Source: Patescibacteria group bacterium
GTDB taxonomy: Bacteria; Patescibacteriota; Microgenomatia; Daviesbacterales; UBA10151
Direction of reading: 5' to 3'
Length of the DNA stretch: 64,000 nt
Assembly (NCBI GenBank): GCA_038064895.1
Contig: JBBTSA010000009.1
Location: 13,595 to 77,594 of the forward strand
In this document: in pieces, positions 38,534-48,038 of the stretch
Layout of the letters: every line of letters begins with the position of its first letter
How positions within the stretch are numbered: the stretch's first letter is position 1
Program-made: the position numbers and the translations under genes
The notes under the pieces: model-generated
Databases searched by the model: none
What the model was told of the DNA's origin: nothing
What the model saw: the letters and a program-made list of their open reading frames with translations, nothing else

Positions 38534-39589
38534 TTAAACTGCTTCTTCTACTACCGTTTCTTCTTTACCTACCACTATCTCTTTACCCATCTTTTTCTTA
38601 CCCCAAGCTTCTCTTATTTCCTTTTCCAACTTATCTGCTTCTTTTTTATTAGTCCTTAAAAAATCTATTGCTGCCGGCCTTCCTTGACCCACTATCTTTT
38701 CATCCCATTTGATAAATGCCCCAGATTTTTGTAGAATGCCCAGTTCTATTCCTATATCCAAAAGTTCACCTTCATGTGATATGCCTTGATCATCCATATC
38801 GAACTCTGCAATTCTAAAGGGTGGCGCAACTTTATTTTTTACAACTTTAACCCTATGTCTTGAACCAATAACATTATCACCATCTTTAATATTTTCAATT
38901 TTTCTTACATCTAGTCTTATTGATGTATAAAACTTTAGAGCCAAACCTCCGGGTGTAGTTTCAGGATTGCCAAACATTATCCCTATTTTTTGACGAAGTT
39001 GGTTTGTGAAAATTATAATTGTATTAGTATTGGAAACTGCACCAGTTAGCTTTCTTAAAGCCTGCGACATTAAACGCGCTTGCATACCCATTACCGCATC
39101 TCCCATCTCTCCCTCAAGTTCTGCTCTTGGAACTAAAGCTGCAACAGAATCTATAACTAAAACATCAATGCCTCCGGAACGGATTAAAGCCTCTGCAATT
39201 TCTAAACCTTGCTCACCTGTATCCGGTTGAGATATCAACAAATCATCAAGATTCACCCCAATTTTTTGGGCTCTTTGCGGATCCAAGGCATGCTCTGCAT
39301 CAATAAATGCTGCAACTCCTCCTCGTTTTTGAGCTTCAGCAATAACATGAAGTGCAACAGTTGTTTTACCTGATGCTTCGGGGCCAAAAATCTCAATAAT
39401 ACGACCTTTTGGTAAACCTCCAACTCCTAATGCTAAATCTAGGGCAATAGAACCTGTGGGGATAATTTGGGTAGTTAGTTTTTCTGCCCGCTCACCCAAA
39501 CGCATTATGGAACCAGTACCGTATTGTTTTTGGATCTGGGCCATTGCAGCAACAATTGCTGCTTTTCTTGCCTCATCATTTCCAGCCAT
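38534..39589 (-). CDS. recA: recombinase RecA
   Basis: [32 protein letters not shown]. Confidence 0.98.
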   Translation of the reverse strand: MAGNDEARKAAIVAAMAQIQKQYGTGSIMRLGERAEKLTTQIIPTGSIALDLALGVGGLPKGRIIEIFGPEASGKTTVALHVIAEAQKRGGVAAFIDAEHALDPQRAQKIGVNLDDLLISQPDTGEQGLEIAEALIRSGGIDVLVIDSVAALVPRAELEGEMGDAVMGMQARLMSQALRKLTGAVSNTNTIIIFTNQLRQKIGIMFGNPETTPGGLALKFYTSIRLDVRKIENIKDGDNVIGSRHRVKVVKNKVAPPFRIAEFDMDDQGISHEGELLDIGIELGILQKSGAFIKWDEKIVGQGRPAAIDFLRTNKKEADKLEKEIREAWGKKKMGKEIVVGKEETVVEEAV

Positions 39590-39651
39590 GCTGACTTTAT
39601 AGCAGATTTTTCAAATCCAAACAATACCCCAAATCTGGTAAAATAAATCCT

Positions 39652-39726
39652 CGGGGTGTAGGTCATCGGTAGACCGCTCGGATGGGGTCCGAGAAGTAGC
39701 AAGTTCAATTCTTGTCACCCCGACCA
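39652..39726 (+). tRNA. tRNA-Pro(GGG)
   Basis: CGGGGTG/CACCCCG acceptor stem, CTCGG-AT GGG GT-CCGAG anticodon arm, TTCAA T-loop, encoded CCA. Confidence 0.92.
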
Positions 39727-39731
39727 AAAAA

Positions 39732-40505
39732 ATGAAACTTATTTGTCTAAATATTTGGGGAGGGAAAAAATACGAGCCTTTAATGGACTTCATTAAGAAG
39801 GCCTCTGAAGATACTGATATCTTTTGTTTTCAAGAGGTTTTCAAAAACTCTGCCAATAGGAAAGAAAATATCTTTAGAATAAATATTTACAATGAAATTT
39901 CAAAAATCCTTTTAAATTATAATTCTTATTACGCTTCTTCTTTAAATAATTGGATTGTGACTCGCCAAGAGGTTAAGAAAACAAAATTCAAATTATCTTA
40001 CGGGGTATCAATCTTTATAAAGAAAGATATAAAAGTTGATTCGTATGGAGACTTTTTTTTATTTGGAGGTGTTGATACTTTTGATCCCTCTGATCTTAAT
40101 ACACTTCCAAGAAATGCCCAGTATGTAACTTTCATAAATAAAGGCATGAGATATATTATTTGTAATGTTCATGGAATTTGGAATAAAGCAGGTAAAAATG
40201 ATTCTCCTTCAAGGATTAACCAATCTCAAAAGATTAAAGAGTTTCTTGAAAATCATCAGGGAGGAAAAATACTAGTAGGAGATTTTAATTTAGATATTAA
40301 TACAAAAAGTATAAAAATACTTGAGGAAGATTTTAGAAATTTAATTAAAGAATATAATATTCCAACAACCAGAAATAAATATTTTCCAGGTAATGAGAAA
40401 TTTGCAGATTATGTATTTGTGTCTTCAGAAATCAAAATTATGGATTTCCAGGTTCCAAATATTGAGGTATCCGACCACCTTCCTTTGACTGTTGAATTTT
40501 ATTAG
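39732..40505 (+). CDS. endonuclease/exonuclease/phosphatase (EEP) family protein
   Basis: LNIW, FQEV, NVHG, GDFN, DYVF, SDH. Confidence 0.9.
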   Translation: MKLICLNIWGGKKYEPLMDFIKKASEDTDIFCFQEVFKNSANRKENIFRINIYNEISKILLNYNSYYASSLNNWIVTRQEVKKTKFKLSYGVSIFIKKDIKVDSYGDFFLFGGVDTFDPSDLNTLPRNAQYVTFINKGMRYIICNVHGIWNKAGKNDSPSRINQSQKIKEFLENHQGGKILVGDFNLDINTKSIKILEEDFRNLIKEYNIPTTRNKYFPGNEKFADYVFVSSEIKIMDFQVPNIEVSDHLPLTVEFY

Positions 40506-40529
40506 GAAATAAAATATTATTATTGATCT

Positions 40530-41087
40530 ATGGCCATGGAATCATCAATGCTACCGTTGGGAACAACTGCGCCTAACTTTTCCTTAACTGATGTTTCATC
40601 AAACAATACTATTTCCATTTCTGATTTCGCAAATAAAAAAGCTTTTCTTGTTATGTTTATTTGTAGACATTGTCCTTATGTTAAACATGTACAGGAAGAG
40701 CTGGCCAGGATAGGTAAAGATTATACGGATAAAGATATCGGTATAGTTGCAATTTCTTCAAATGATATTGAAAGCTACCCCGAAGATGCACCTGATTCTT
40801 TAAAAGAACAAGCTACACAGTTAGAATTTAGCTTTCCTTACCTTTATGATGAATCACAAGATGTTGCAAGGGCATATACTGCGGTTTGCACCCCTGACTT
40901 ATTTCTTTTTGATAAGGAAAGAAAACTTGTATACAGAGGACAATTGGATGATTCAAGACCAGATAGTAGTGTTCCTGTAACTGGAAAAGATTTGAGAGCA
41001 GCGATTGATGCTGTATTAAACAGCCAACCAGTTGACCAGAATCAAAAACCTAGTGTAGGTTGTAGCATAAAGTGGAAAAACACCTAA
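40530..41087 (+). CDS. thioredoxin-fold AhpC/TSA-like protein
   Basis: CRHCPYV, YLYDESQ, CTPD, YRGQLD, GCSIKW. Confidence 0.9.
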   Translation: MAMESSMLPLGTTAPNFSLTDVSSNNTISISDFANKKAFLVMFICRHCPYVKHVQEELARIGKDYTDKDIGIVAISSNDIESYPEDAPDSLKEQATQLEFSFPYLYDESQDVARAYTAVCTPDLFLFDKERKLVYRGQLDDSRPDSSVPVTGKDLRAAIDAVLNSQPVDQNQKPSVGCSIKWKNT

Positions 41088-41353
41088 ACATAAAAATTCA
41101 TGGTCAGGTCCAAGGGGTATTTTTCAGAGTTTCAGCAAAAGAAGAAGCGGAAAAATTAGGAATTTCCGGATTTGTAAGAAATGAAAGGGATGGAACTGTT
41201 TATATAGAAGTAGAAGGGGAAGAGGAAAATTTAAATAAATTTGTGAAATGGTGTCACAATGGCCCCGAACATGCACAAGTAGATAAAGTAGAAGTCATCG
41301 AAGATCCGCTTAAAAATTTTTCAGATTTTAACAGAGATTTTGTTGATTATTAA
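41072..41353 (+). CDS. acyP: acylphosphatase
   Basis: GQVQGVFFR, GFVRNERDGTV. Confidence 0.92.
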   Translation: MEKHLNIKIHGQVQGVFFRVSAKEEAEKLGISGFVRNERDGTVYIEVEGEEENLNKFVKWCHNGPEHAQVDKVEVIEDPLKNFSDFNRDFVDY

Positions 41354-41375
41354 CCCTTCGACTTCGCTCAAGGCT

Positions 41376-42485
41376 TTAGACTACTTTTTCCCAGGGGAAT
41401 TCGTCGCGGCCAAAGTGGCCATAAGAAGCTGTTGGTAAATAAATAGGTCTCTGCAGGTCAAGGCCCTCCAAAATTCCTGCAACTGAAGTATCTAAAATTT
41501 TATTCATAAAAGAAAGGATTAGTTTATGAGATTTTTTACTAGTTCCAAAAGTTTCAACATCCTGCATTGTTGGCTTTTTTGCTCCAATAAAATATGCAAG
41601 CCTTACTTCTGCCTTATCTGCTAAACCGGAAGCCACAATATTTTTTGCCAAAAATCTTGCTGCATAAGCTCCACCCCTATCCACTTTTGATGGTTCTTTT
41701 CCTGAAAAACAGCCTCCCCCAACCCTTGCATATCCGCCATATGTATCAACTACAATTTTTCTTCCTGTTAACCCACAATCTGACGCAGGTCCACCGTTAT
41801 GCCAAATACCCGTACCATTAACAATTAACTCCCCTCTTTTAATTTTAAATCCAAACATTTCCAAAACCGGGATAACTATAAAATTAAAAACATCATCCTT
41901 AACCTGATCAAGCTTTACAGATTCCTCATGAGGTATTGCAATAACTACTTGTATAACTTTGTGTGGTTTACCATCTCTATACTCTATAGTTACTTGAGAT
42001 TTCCCATCTGGACGCAGATATTTAACTATATTTTCCTCTCTTACTTGATCTATTCTTTTTGTCAGAGCATGTGCAATCATAATGGGAAGAGGCATTAGGC
42101 TTTTGGTTTCCTTGCATGCAAAACCAAACATCATGCCTTGATCTCCTGCACCCTTCTTTTTTACCCCCACTGCAATTTCCGGAGATTGTTCATGTACAAA
42201 AAGTTCAATTGGGGACTTATCTGAAAAATTAAATTTTGGATCCGTATATCCCAATCTTTTTATTTGATCTCTGGCAATTTGTTCATAATCTACCTTTGCC
42301 TTTGCCCCTATTTCTCCTGCTATTATTAATCTGTTATTTCCGGCTAAACATTCAATAGCAGTTCTGCCTTGAGGATCTTGAGCCAAGACTGCATCTAAGA
42401 TTGCATCAGAAACCTGATCACAGATTTTATCTGAATGACCACTGCAAACTGATTCTGATGTAAAAGTTGTTATACCATTTTTCAT
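41376..42485 (-). CDS. metK: S-adenosylmethionine synthetase
   Basis: FTSESV..GH.DK, GAGDQG, GGG.FSGK, YGHFGR. Confidence 0.96.
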   Translation of the reverse strand: MKNGITTFTSESVCSGHSDKICDQVSDAILDAVLAQDPQGRTAIECLAGNNRLIIAGEIGAKAKVDYEQIARDQIKRLGYTDPKFNFSDKSPIELFVHEQSPEIAVGVKKKGAGDQGMMFGFACKETKSLMPLPIMIAHALTKRIDQVREENIVKYLRPDGKSQVTIEYRDGKPHKVIQVVIAIPHEESVKLDQVKDDVFNFIVIPVLEMFGFKIKRGELIVNGTGIWHNGGPASDCGLTGRKIVVDTYGGYARVGGGCFSGKEPSKVDRGGAYAARFLAKNIVASGLADKAEVRLAYFIGAKKPTMQDVETFGTSKKSHKLILSFMNKILDTSVAGILEGLDLQRPIYLPTASYGHFGRDEFPWEKVV

Positions 42486-42616
42486 TAAAAAACCTCCCAT
42501 CAAAGAGAGGTCCAAAGTTTGCCCTAAATGGACCACATCCCCCGATTCTACATCGGGGTTGGCACCTTTACTTTCAGGTTGCCGCCCCCCGCCTTTGGCG
42601 GGGAAACTCTTGATGC
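42486..42616 (-). promoter_or_regulatory. SAM-I-clan riboswitch with intrinsic terminator upstream of metK
   Basis: CATCAAGAG...GGCAACC...GGTGCCAA...GATG core; terminator ACCTCTC/GGGAGGT followed by a U tract. Confidence 0.85.
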
Positions 42617-42640
42617 ATTTAATAGTAAACCATAAACTCT

Positions 42641-44050
42641 CTATTTTTGCAAGTTTTCAAACTTCGCATGTTTTTCTATAATTTCAACCAATTCTGTTTT
42701 CTTACCATGAATATCACCTGTTTGGTGAGTTTCAACATTTAATCTTAGAAGTGGCTCCGTATTAGAAGTTCGAAGTGAAAATCTCCAGTCAGGATAATTT
42801 ATAGCTATCCCATCAAGATCTGATAACTGCCCATCTTCGTAAGCTTCCTTGACCTTTTCCATTATTTCAGTTGCATTTTGTACCCTAAAATTTATCTCAC
42901 CTGATTCGTGAGATACTTTTACCTCACTTGCAAGTTCTGATAATTTTTTGCCTGTTACACTCATACGTGCAACAATCATAATTACAACAGGCATAGGGGC
43001 CTCAGCCCCTCCTGTCTCACTAAAATAGTAGTGTCCTGATGCTTCACCTGCAAATAAACCCTCATTTTTGTGCATAGCTTCTGTAATAAAAGCATGCCCT
43101 GTCTTAGTAATAACCATTTCTCCGCCAAACTCTTCAATTGATTTTCTGGGAGTAAAAATATACTTTAGATCAACTAAAATCTTAGCTCCTTTGTGTGTTT
43201 TTAAAAGCTCTCTTGAAACCAAAGCAATTATTTGTGCGGGGGGGACAATTTCTCCTCTTTCATCTATAAAGAAAATTCTATCTCCGTCACCATCAGGGGC
43301 TAGACCTAAATCAGCTTTTTCTTCAACAACTCTTTTTTGTAAATCTCCTAAGGTTTCAAACTGCAGAGGATCGGGCTGATGAACTGGGAAAGTTCCATCC
43401 AGTTCAAAGTTCATTTTTATTAAATTTCCAGGGATTTTTTCAAATAAAGCTTCTAGATATGTTGCACCCATTGCATTTGCTGGATCTGCCACAATCTTAA
43501 ATTTCTTGATTTCAGGATTTCCTGCAATTTTTAAAGCATTCTCAACTTCCTCCTTAACAACTTCTTCCTTTTGAGTAATGGTTCCTCCATCTACATCAGA
43601 AAGGTCCACACCTTCTATACTCATCCTTCTAATTTCATCCATCCCTGTATTCTTACCAATTTTTACAAGTCCTGAAGGAAATCTCCTAACTATTTTTATT
43701 CCGTTATATTCTTTTGGATTGTGGGATGCTGTAATCTGTATCCCACCATCATAACCATATTTAAAAACAGCAAAGTAAAAGGTCGGTGTTGAGACAATTC
43801 CCAAATCTACAACTTTTGCTCCAAGTTCCACCAAAGTCTTGGAAACTGCATCAAATATAGTAGGAGAAGAAAGTCTCATATCTCGTCCTATTGCAACTAC
43901 TAAAGGTTTTGAAGATCCAAGTTGGTCGGAAATTACTTTATAAATTGCTCTGGTAATTGGAACAGCAAACTTTTCATTTAACTCATCAGGATAAATTCCT
44001 CTAATATCATAGCTTTTAAAAATCTTTTCAGGTGGTATAGTAGATATCAT
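42641..44050 (-). CDS. phosphomannomutase/phosphoglucomutase
   Basis: FKSYDIRG, TASHNP, DGDGDR, GEASGH, RTSNTEP. Confidence 0.93.
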   Translation of the reverse strand: MISTIPPEKIFKSYDIRGIYPDELNEKFAVPITRAIYKVISDQLGSSKPLVVAIGRDMRLSSPTIFDAVSKTLVELGAKVVDLGIVSTPTFYFAVFKYGYDGGIQITASHNPKEYNGIKIVRRFPSGLVKIGKNTGMDEIRRMSIEGVDLSDVDGGTITQKEEVVKEEVENALKIAGNPEIKKFKIVADPANAMGATYLEALFEKIPGNLIKMNFELDGTFPVHQPDPLQFETLGDLQKRVVEEKADLGLAPDGDGDRIFFIDERGEIVPPAQIIALVSRELLKTHKGAKILVDLKYIFTPRKSIEEFGGEMVITKTGHAFITEAMHKNEGLFAGEASGHYYFSETGGAEAPMPVVIMIVARMSVTGKKLSELASEVKVSHESGEINFRVQNATEIMEKVKEAYEDGQLSDLDGIAINYPDWRFSLRTSNTEPLLRLNVETHQTGDIHGKKTELVEIIEKHAKFENLQK

Positions 44051-44525
44051 GAGCAAATTATTTGAAAAATTCTGGGCTTGGTATGAAAGACATTATACCC
44101 TAAATGTAACAATTGCTGCCATACTCTTTACTTTGCAGATTGTTCACCTTTATTGGCTAACAACCCATGTTGTAACAGTAAGACTTTGGAGGTTGGATCT
44201 TTTTTCTCCGCCACCCTTTTGGGAAACAATCATTATAATTATAGATTACACGGAAATTCCTGCAATTATTACAACATCTTTAGTTTATATAAATGATCTA
44301 AGAAAAGGGTATAAATTTAAGCCATTACTTTATCTGTTTTTCCTAGATATCCAACTTCTTCATATTTTCTGGATAACAGATGAATTTGTTTTGGAAACTT
44401 TCACAGGAGTAAATGGTGAAACCATACTACCAACATGGCTTGCCTGGATAGCAATTCTAATTGATTATCTAGAACTTCCGGTAATCTTTGAAACAGTCTA
44501 TAAAGCATTACTTAGATTTAAATAA
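44049..44525 (+). CDS. hypothetical membrane protein
   Basis: 4 TM segments with an internal duplication (HLYW..IDYTEIP / HIFW..IDYLELP). Confidence 0.75.
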   Translation: MSKLFEKFWAWYERHYTLNVTIAAILFTLQIVHLYWLTTHVVTVRLWRLDLFSPPPFWETIIIIIDYTEIPAIITTSLVYINDLRKGYKFKPLLYLFFLDIQLLHIFWITDEFVLETFTGVNGETILPTWLAWIAILIDYLELPVIFETVYKALLRFK

Positions 44526-44611
44526 TACAAAATAGGTTCAATTCCAGCGCTAACAGCTTTGCTGATGAGTTTTCTTGCTCGCTGAGTTAACATAGGTCTT
44601 TCTGTTTCCAT
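44498..44611 (-). CDS. putative 37-aa small protein coupled to racemase gene (not in ORF track)
   Basis: METERPMLTQRARKLISKAVSAGIEPILYYLNLSNAL; TGATG overlap; SD GAAAGGGGGTGA. Confidence 0.45.
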   Translation of the reverse strand: METERPMLTQRARKLISKAVSAGIEPILYYLNLSNAL

Positions 44612-45312
44612 CAGTCGTCACCCCCTTTCAAAATTTCTCTTGAACTTGCTTGTGCCAAAATCTGCATGGTATCTAATATTTCAACTTGAGGATGGTTTTT
44701 AATAATCAGCTGTAAATCTGTACAGGCCAAAAGAATCTTCTCAGCTCCACTTCTAATCAATTTTGCTATCGTCTGATTTACCTTAGCTTTATCTCTAGGT
44801 AAATTTTTTCCATTTATAATTTTGTAGATTATTTTGTCCAAAACGCTTTGATCTTTTTTGTTTAAAATAATTTGCTCTATTCCGTTATCTTTTAATGTAT
44901 TACCAAATAAATCATTCTTAATAGTTTTTGATGTTGCTAAAATTCCTACCTTTTTAATATTTTCATCTTTTAAAGTTTTTATAGCTTCATCAATGATGCT
45001 TAGTGTTGGAATATTTACTGACCTTCTTATGTCTTCTATAAAAATATGTAGGGTGTTGCAGGGCATGACTAGAAAATCAGCTCCCGCACTTTCTAAAATT
45101 TTTGCAGCGCTTTTTAAAAGTGGCAAAAATAATTTTTCATCTCCATTTTTTGTAATAACTTCCCTTTCCATTTTTAAATCTACAGGAACATTCCATGATA
45201 AAAATGGCGGTCTTTTATTTTTATTGTTTTTTAAACAGAAGAAAATTACTTCCAGTTGAAACTTTGCTGAAGTTTCAGGTCCTAATCCTCCTATTATTCC
45301 TAAAGTTTTCAT
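44611..45312 (-). CDS. aspartate/glutamate racemase family protein
   Basis: GIIGGLGP, PCNT and ACTD catalytic Cys pair. Confidence 0.9.
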   Translation of the reverse strand: MKTLGIIGGLGPETSAKFQLEVIFFCLKNNKNKRPPFLSWNVPVDLKMEREVITKNGDEKLFLPLLKSAAKILESAGADFLVMPCNTLHIFIEDIRRSVNIPTLSIIDEAIKTLKDENIKKVGILATSKTIKNDLFGNTLKDNGIEQIILNKKDQSVLDKIIYKIINGKNLPRDKAKVNQTIAKLIRSGAEKILLACTDLQLIIKNHPQVEILDTMQILAQASSREILKGGDD

Positions 45313-45324
45313 ATTTTTTCCCAC

Positions 45325-45507
45325 AAAAAAACCTCCCAATTTGGGAGGTCTGTTGTGTAAATCAATAATAAGATTACTTATTACGTGCTGTGCTTATTTT
45401 TAAGCACCAAAACAACAACCTCCCTTTGGAGAGGATAGCAATACCATTGATTGTTGTTTTGTATTTTCATACATTGATTAGTATATCACAAAAAATTAAC
45501 CTGTCAA
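45325..45507 (-). promoter_or_regulatory. promoter plus leader-peptide attenuator upstream of racemase
   Basis: TTGACA-N16-TATACT; 1:2 CAAAACAACAA/TTGTTGTTTTG; 2:3 GGGAGGTTGTTG/CAACAGACCTCCC; terminator ACCTCCCAA/TTGGGAGGT followed by U tract. Confidence 0.75.
45381..45470 (-). CDS. leader peptide MKIQNNNQWYCYPLQREVVVLVLKNKHST
   Basis: 29-aa ORF starting near the predicted TSS, ending in tandem TAA TAA. Confidence 0.65.
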   Translation of the reverse strand: MKIQNNNQWYCYPLQREVVVLVLKNKHST

Positions 45508-46152
45508 CTATGGGGTATTCACCCAAATTGCTCTAATGCTTTCTGATAACTCCTGATGTTCCTCATCCATTATTCCTCCATTATAAGCTGGATTCCTATC
45601 ATAAATATATCTTTCAAAAAAAGCTAAATCTCCTTTTCTAACTCCTACAAAAAGTCTTTGGTAAAACTTTAGTATTTCTTCTTCATGTCTTCTCCATTTA
45701 TCTAATTCTTGTTCTGTAATACCAGAATTTGGAGCTTCAATATAACTTATTTGATACATCCCATCCAAAACGCTATCAAATATATATCTTGCTTTTAGCA
45801 TATGAAACTCATTTGTTACAATGGTTGGTTCAGTCCAACCTTTGCGGTCAAGTAATGCTACTCTTAAGAAAAAAGCATTACCAACTGTATCCATTGAATT
45901 TTCTTCAACAAAGAGTTGATTTTCTGTTAGACCTCTTCCAAGAAGATACATCTTTCCCGCCTCAGCCTCTGTAGTTGAGTGAGGTATTGGATCTCTGTAT
46001 GTTCCTTTACTCGTTGTAATGACTGCTACAAAATCCCCATTCATATATAGATCATAAGCTGTATCTAAACGAGCTTTTACTCTTAATGGGATTTTATCTT
46101 GTACCTCCAAGCCCCCACTTAAACAAATTATTACTGCTCTGTTCCTTTCCAT
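45508..46152 (-). CDS. YdcF/DUF218 (ElyC-like) protein
   Basis: CLSGG, ARLD.A, TEAEA, EENSMDTVGNA, VTNEFHMLKA. Confidence 0.85.
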   Translation of the reverse strand: MERNRAVIICLSGGLEVQDKIPLRVKARLDTAYDLYMNGDFVAVITTSKGTYRDPIPHSTTEAEAGKMYLLGRGLTENQLFVEENSMDTVGNAFFLRVALLDRKGWTEPTIVTNEFHMLKARYIFDSVLDGMYQISYIEAPNSGITEQELDKWRRHEEEILKFYQRLFVGVRKGDLAFFERYIYDRNPAYNGGIMDEEHQELSESIRAIWVNTP

Positions 46153-46160
46153 AAAATAAA

Positions 46161-46460
46161 TTAACGTTTAGGTGATTGTTTTTTTGTCTTTACATAAACT
46201 TCTTCATGTGGACCGATTTCTAGAAAACTAACTGTAGCCCTACCAAGCCACAGATAGACAATTCTAATATTATCCATTATAGAAAATGCCCATTTACCCT
46301 TCATTCTCTTCGTCAAAGAATGATTATCTAGTCTAGTATCGTTTGGATTATGCTTAAATCGACTGACATTTTTCTCTATCTCTTTTTCTAAATCCGGGGA
46401 TTCAACCAATAAATCTTCCCAATCCCTGTTATACGTACCAGACTTTCTAAGCTTTACCAT
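46161..46460 (-). CDS. RelE/YafQ-family type II toxin
   Basis: LDNHSL..MKGKWAFSI..NIRIVY..IGPHEEVY. Confidence 0.85.
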   Translation of the reverse strand: MVKLRKSGTYNRDWEDLLVESPDLEKEIEKNVSRFKHNPNDTRLDNHSLTKRMKGKWAFSIMDNIRIVYLWLGRATVSFLEIGPHEEVYVKTKKQSPKR

Positions 46461-46746
46461 GCCTTCTAGCTGCTACTCTTTTACGCATTTCTCGAAAATA
46501 TTTACGTAGATCTTCATCAGTTTCAATGACTGTATCATTTTCTTCCGGTTCTTTTTCTGATTCTAGAACTCTGTTTTCAAACCATCTGGGGAATCCATTC
46601 TCAGTTATCTCTTCCTCCTGATAAACAATTTTTCTTAGAGCATCTCGTATAAGTTCACTTATGGAAGTATACCTTCGTTCTGCCACAATTTTTTTGGCAT
46701 CTTTATACATCTCTTTTGGCAATGAAATATTGATTGTAGTTGTCAT
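46447..46746 (-). CDS. ribbon-helix-helix antitoxin
   Basis: TTINISLP..YTSISELIRDALR; overlaps the toxin gene. Confidence 0.85.
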   Translation of the reverse strand: MTTTINISLPKEMYKDAKKIVAERRYTSISELIRDALRKIVYQEEEITENGFPRWFENRVLESEKEPEENDTVIETDEDLRKYFREMRKRVAARRHGKA

Positions 46747-46753
46747 ATTCTAT

Positions 46754-46783
46754 ATTGTATGATATTCATACAATCTTTGTCAA
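46754..46783 (-). promoter_or_regulatory. TA promoter with palindromic operator
   Basis: TTGACA-N18-TACAAT overlapped by ATTGTATGA-TAT-TCATACAAT. Confidence 0.7.
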
Positions 46784-47179
46784 CTACCTCTTTGGAGATT
46801 GTTTTCTGGCTCTTGCTTTTCCAGCATGACCATATTTCCTTCTTTCCTTAACTCTTGCATCACGAGTTAAATACCCTTCTTTTTTTAATATTACACGAAG
46901 TGAGGAATCTGCCTTGGAAATTGCCCTGGCAATTCCATGGATAACTGCTCCAAGTTGTGCAACTTTCCCCCCCCCTTCAACTTTTACAGAAATATTATAC
47001 TTACCTACTGTTTTAGTAACTTCTAGCGGCCTACTATAAAGCTTTTGAAAAACAAGTCCCAAAAAATATTCAGCGATTGGTTTACCATTAACAGTTATTT
47101 GAACAAGTCCTTCCCCTTTTGATAATCTGACTCTGGCAAGAGCTTCTTTTCTTCTACCGACTGTTGATATTGTTTCCAT
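46784..47179 (-). CDS. rpsI: 30S ribosomal protein S9
   Basis: GRRK, GGG..AQ, LTRDARVKERRK, QSPKR. Confidence 0.97.
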   Translation of the reverse strand: METISTVGRRKEALARVRLSKGEGLVQITVNGKPIAEYFLGLVFQKLYSRPLEVTKTVGKYNISVKVEGGGKVAQLGAVIHGIARAISKADSSLRVILKKEGYLTRDARVKERRKYGHAGKARARKQSPKR

Positions 47180-47571
47180 TACTTGACTTCCTCTGCAAAC
47201 ACTTTTAGTTTTTTAATCATTTGTCTTCCCAACTTATTCTTAGGCAGCATTCCGGAAACTGCATGCTCAATAATATATTCCGGTTTCCTTATCATTATCT
47301 TTTCAAAAGTCTCCTCCTTTAATCCTCCAGGATAACCTGAATGTCTTCTGTAAACTTTATTCATTGCTTTTTTACCAGTTACTTTTACTTTTGATGCATT
47401 AGTAACTATTACATAATCTCCAGTGTCTAAATAAGGTACATAGTTTGGTTTATTTTTTCCCATTAGGATCTTTGCTATCTCTGTAGCAAGTCTGCCTAAG
47501 ACTTTATCTGATGCATCAATGATGTGCTTTTCTCTTTTTATATCTTTTGCTGACAGAGCATTGGTACTCAT
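47179..47571 (-). CDS. rplM: 50S ribosomal protein L13
   Basis: LGRLAT, GDYVIV, HSGYPGG, GMLPKN. Confidence 0.97.
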   Translation of the reverse strand: MSTNALSAKDIKREKHIIDASDKVLGRLATEIAKILMGKNKPNYVPYLDTGDYVIVTNASKVKVTGKKAMNKVYRRHSGYPGGLKEETFEKIMIRKPEYIIEHAVSGMLPKNKLGRQMIKKLKVFAEEVK

Positions 47572-48038
47572 TTTTTCTTGGCTCTCTTTCTTGGAGCAGA
47601 TTTTTTAGGTCCCACTCTTTCCTTAGGAGTTTCTTTCTCCTTCTTACTTGTTACTTGTACCTTATTACTTGCCTGTCCTGAGCTTGTAGAATGGATTACC
47701 TTTTCTAGTGGCTTTAACTCCTCTGCTCCAATCAAACTCATCCTCACAACCATTGTTTGATCACCTAATCTCCTACCTAATTTAATAAGGGATGTATATC
47801 CGGAGTTCCTACTACCTAATTTTGGGATAATTTCTTTTATTACCCGGTCTTGTAAATTTTTATCATTTATAAAAGATTGTAGTCTTGCCTGGCTATGTTT
47901 TTTTTTAGCCAGATTAATCACCTTATCAACTAAACTTTTAACTGCTTTGGCGTTTGCCTCCGAAGTCTCGATAGTCCCGTATAGAAAAAGAGAATTTAGT
48001 AGACTTTTAAAAAGTAGGGGGGAGGACCTATACTTCAC
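47568..48038 (-). CDS. rplQ: 50S ribosomal protein L17 (divergent)
   Basis: [20 protein letters not shown]; follows rpoA. Confidence 0.88.
   Translation of the reverse strand: MKYRSSPLLFKSLLNSLFLYGTIETSEANAKAVKSLVDKVINLAKKKHSQARLQSFINDKNLQDRVIKEIIPKLGSRNSGYTSLIKLGRRLGDQTMVVRMSLIGAEELKPLEKVIHSTSSGQASNKVQVTSKKEKETPKERVGPKKSAPRKRAKKK

Noticed and set aside
39590-39651. SOS box upstream of recA matching the lexA promoter
   Set aside because: No shared palindrome with 6747-6815 could be seen by eye.
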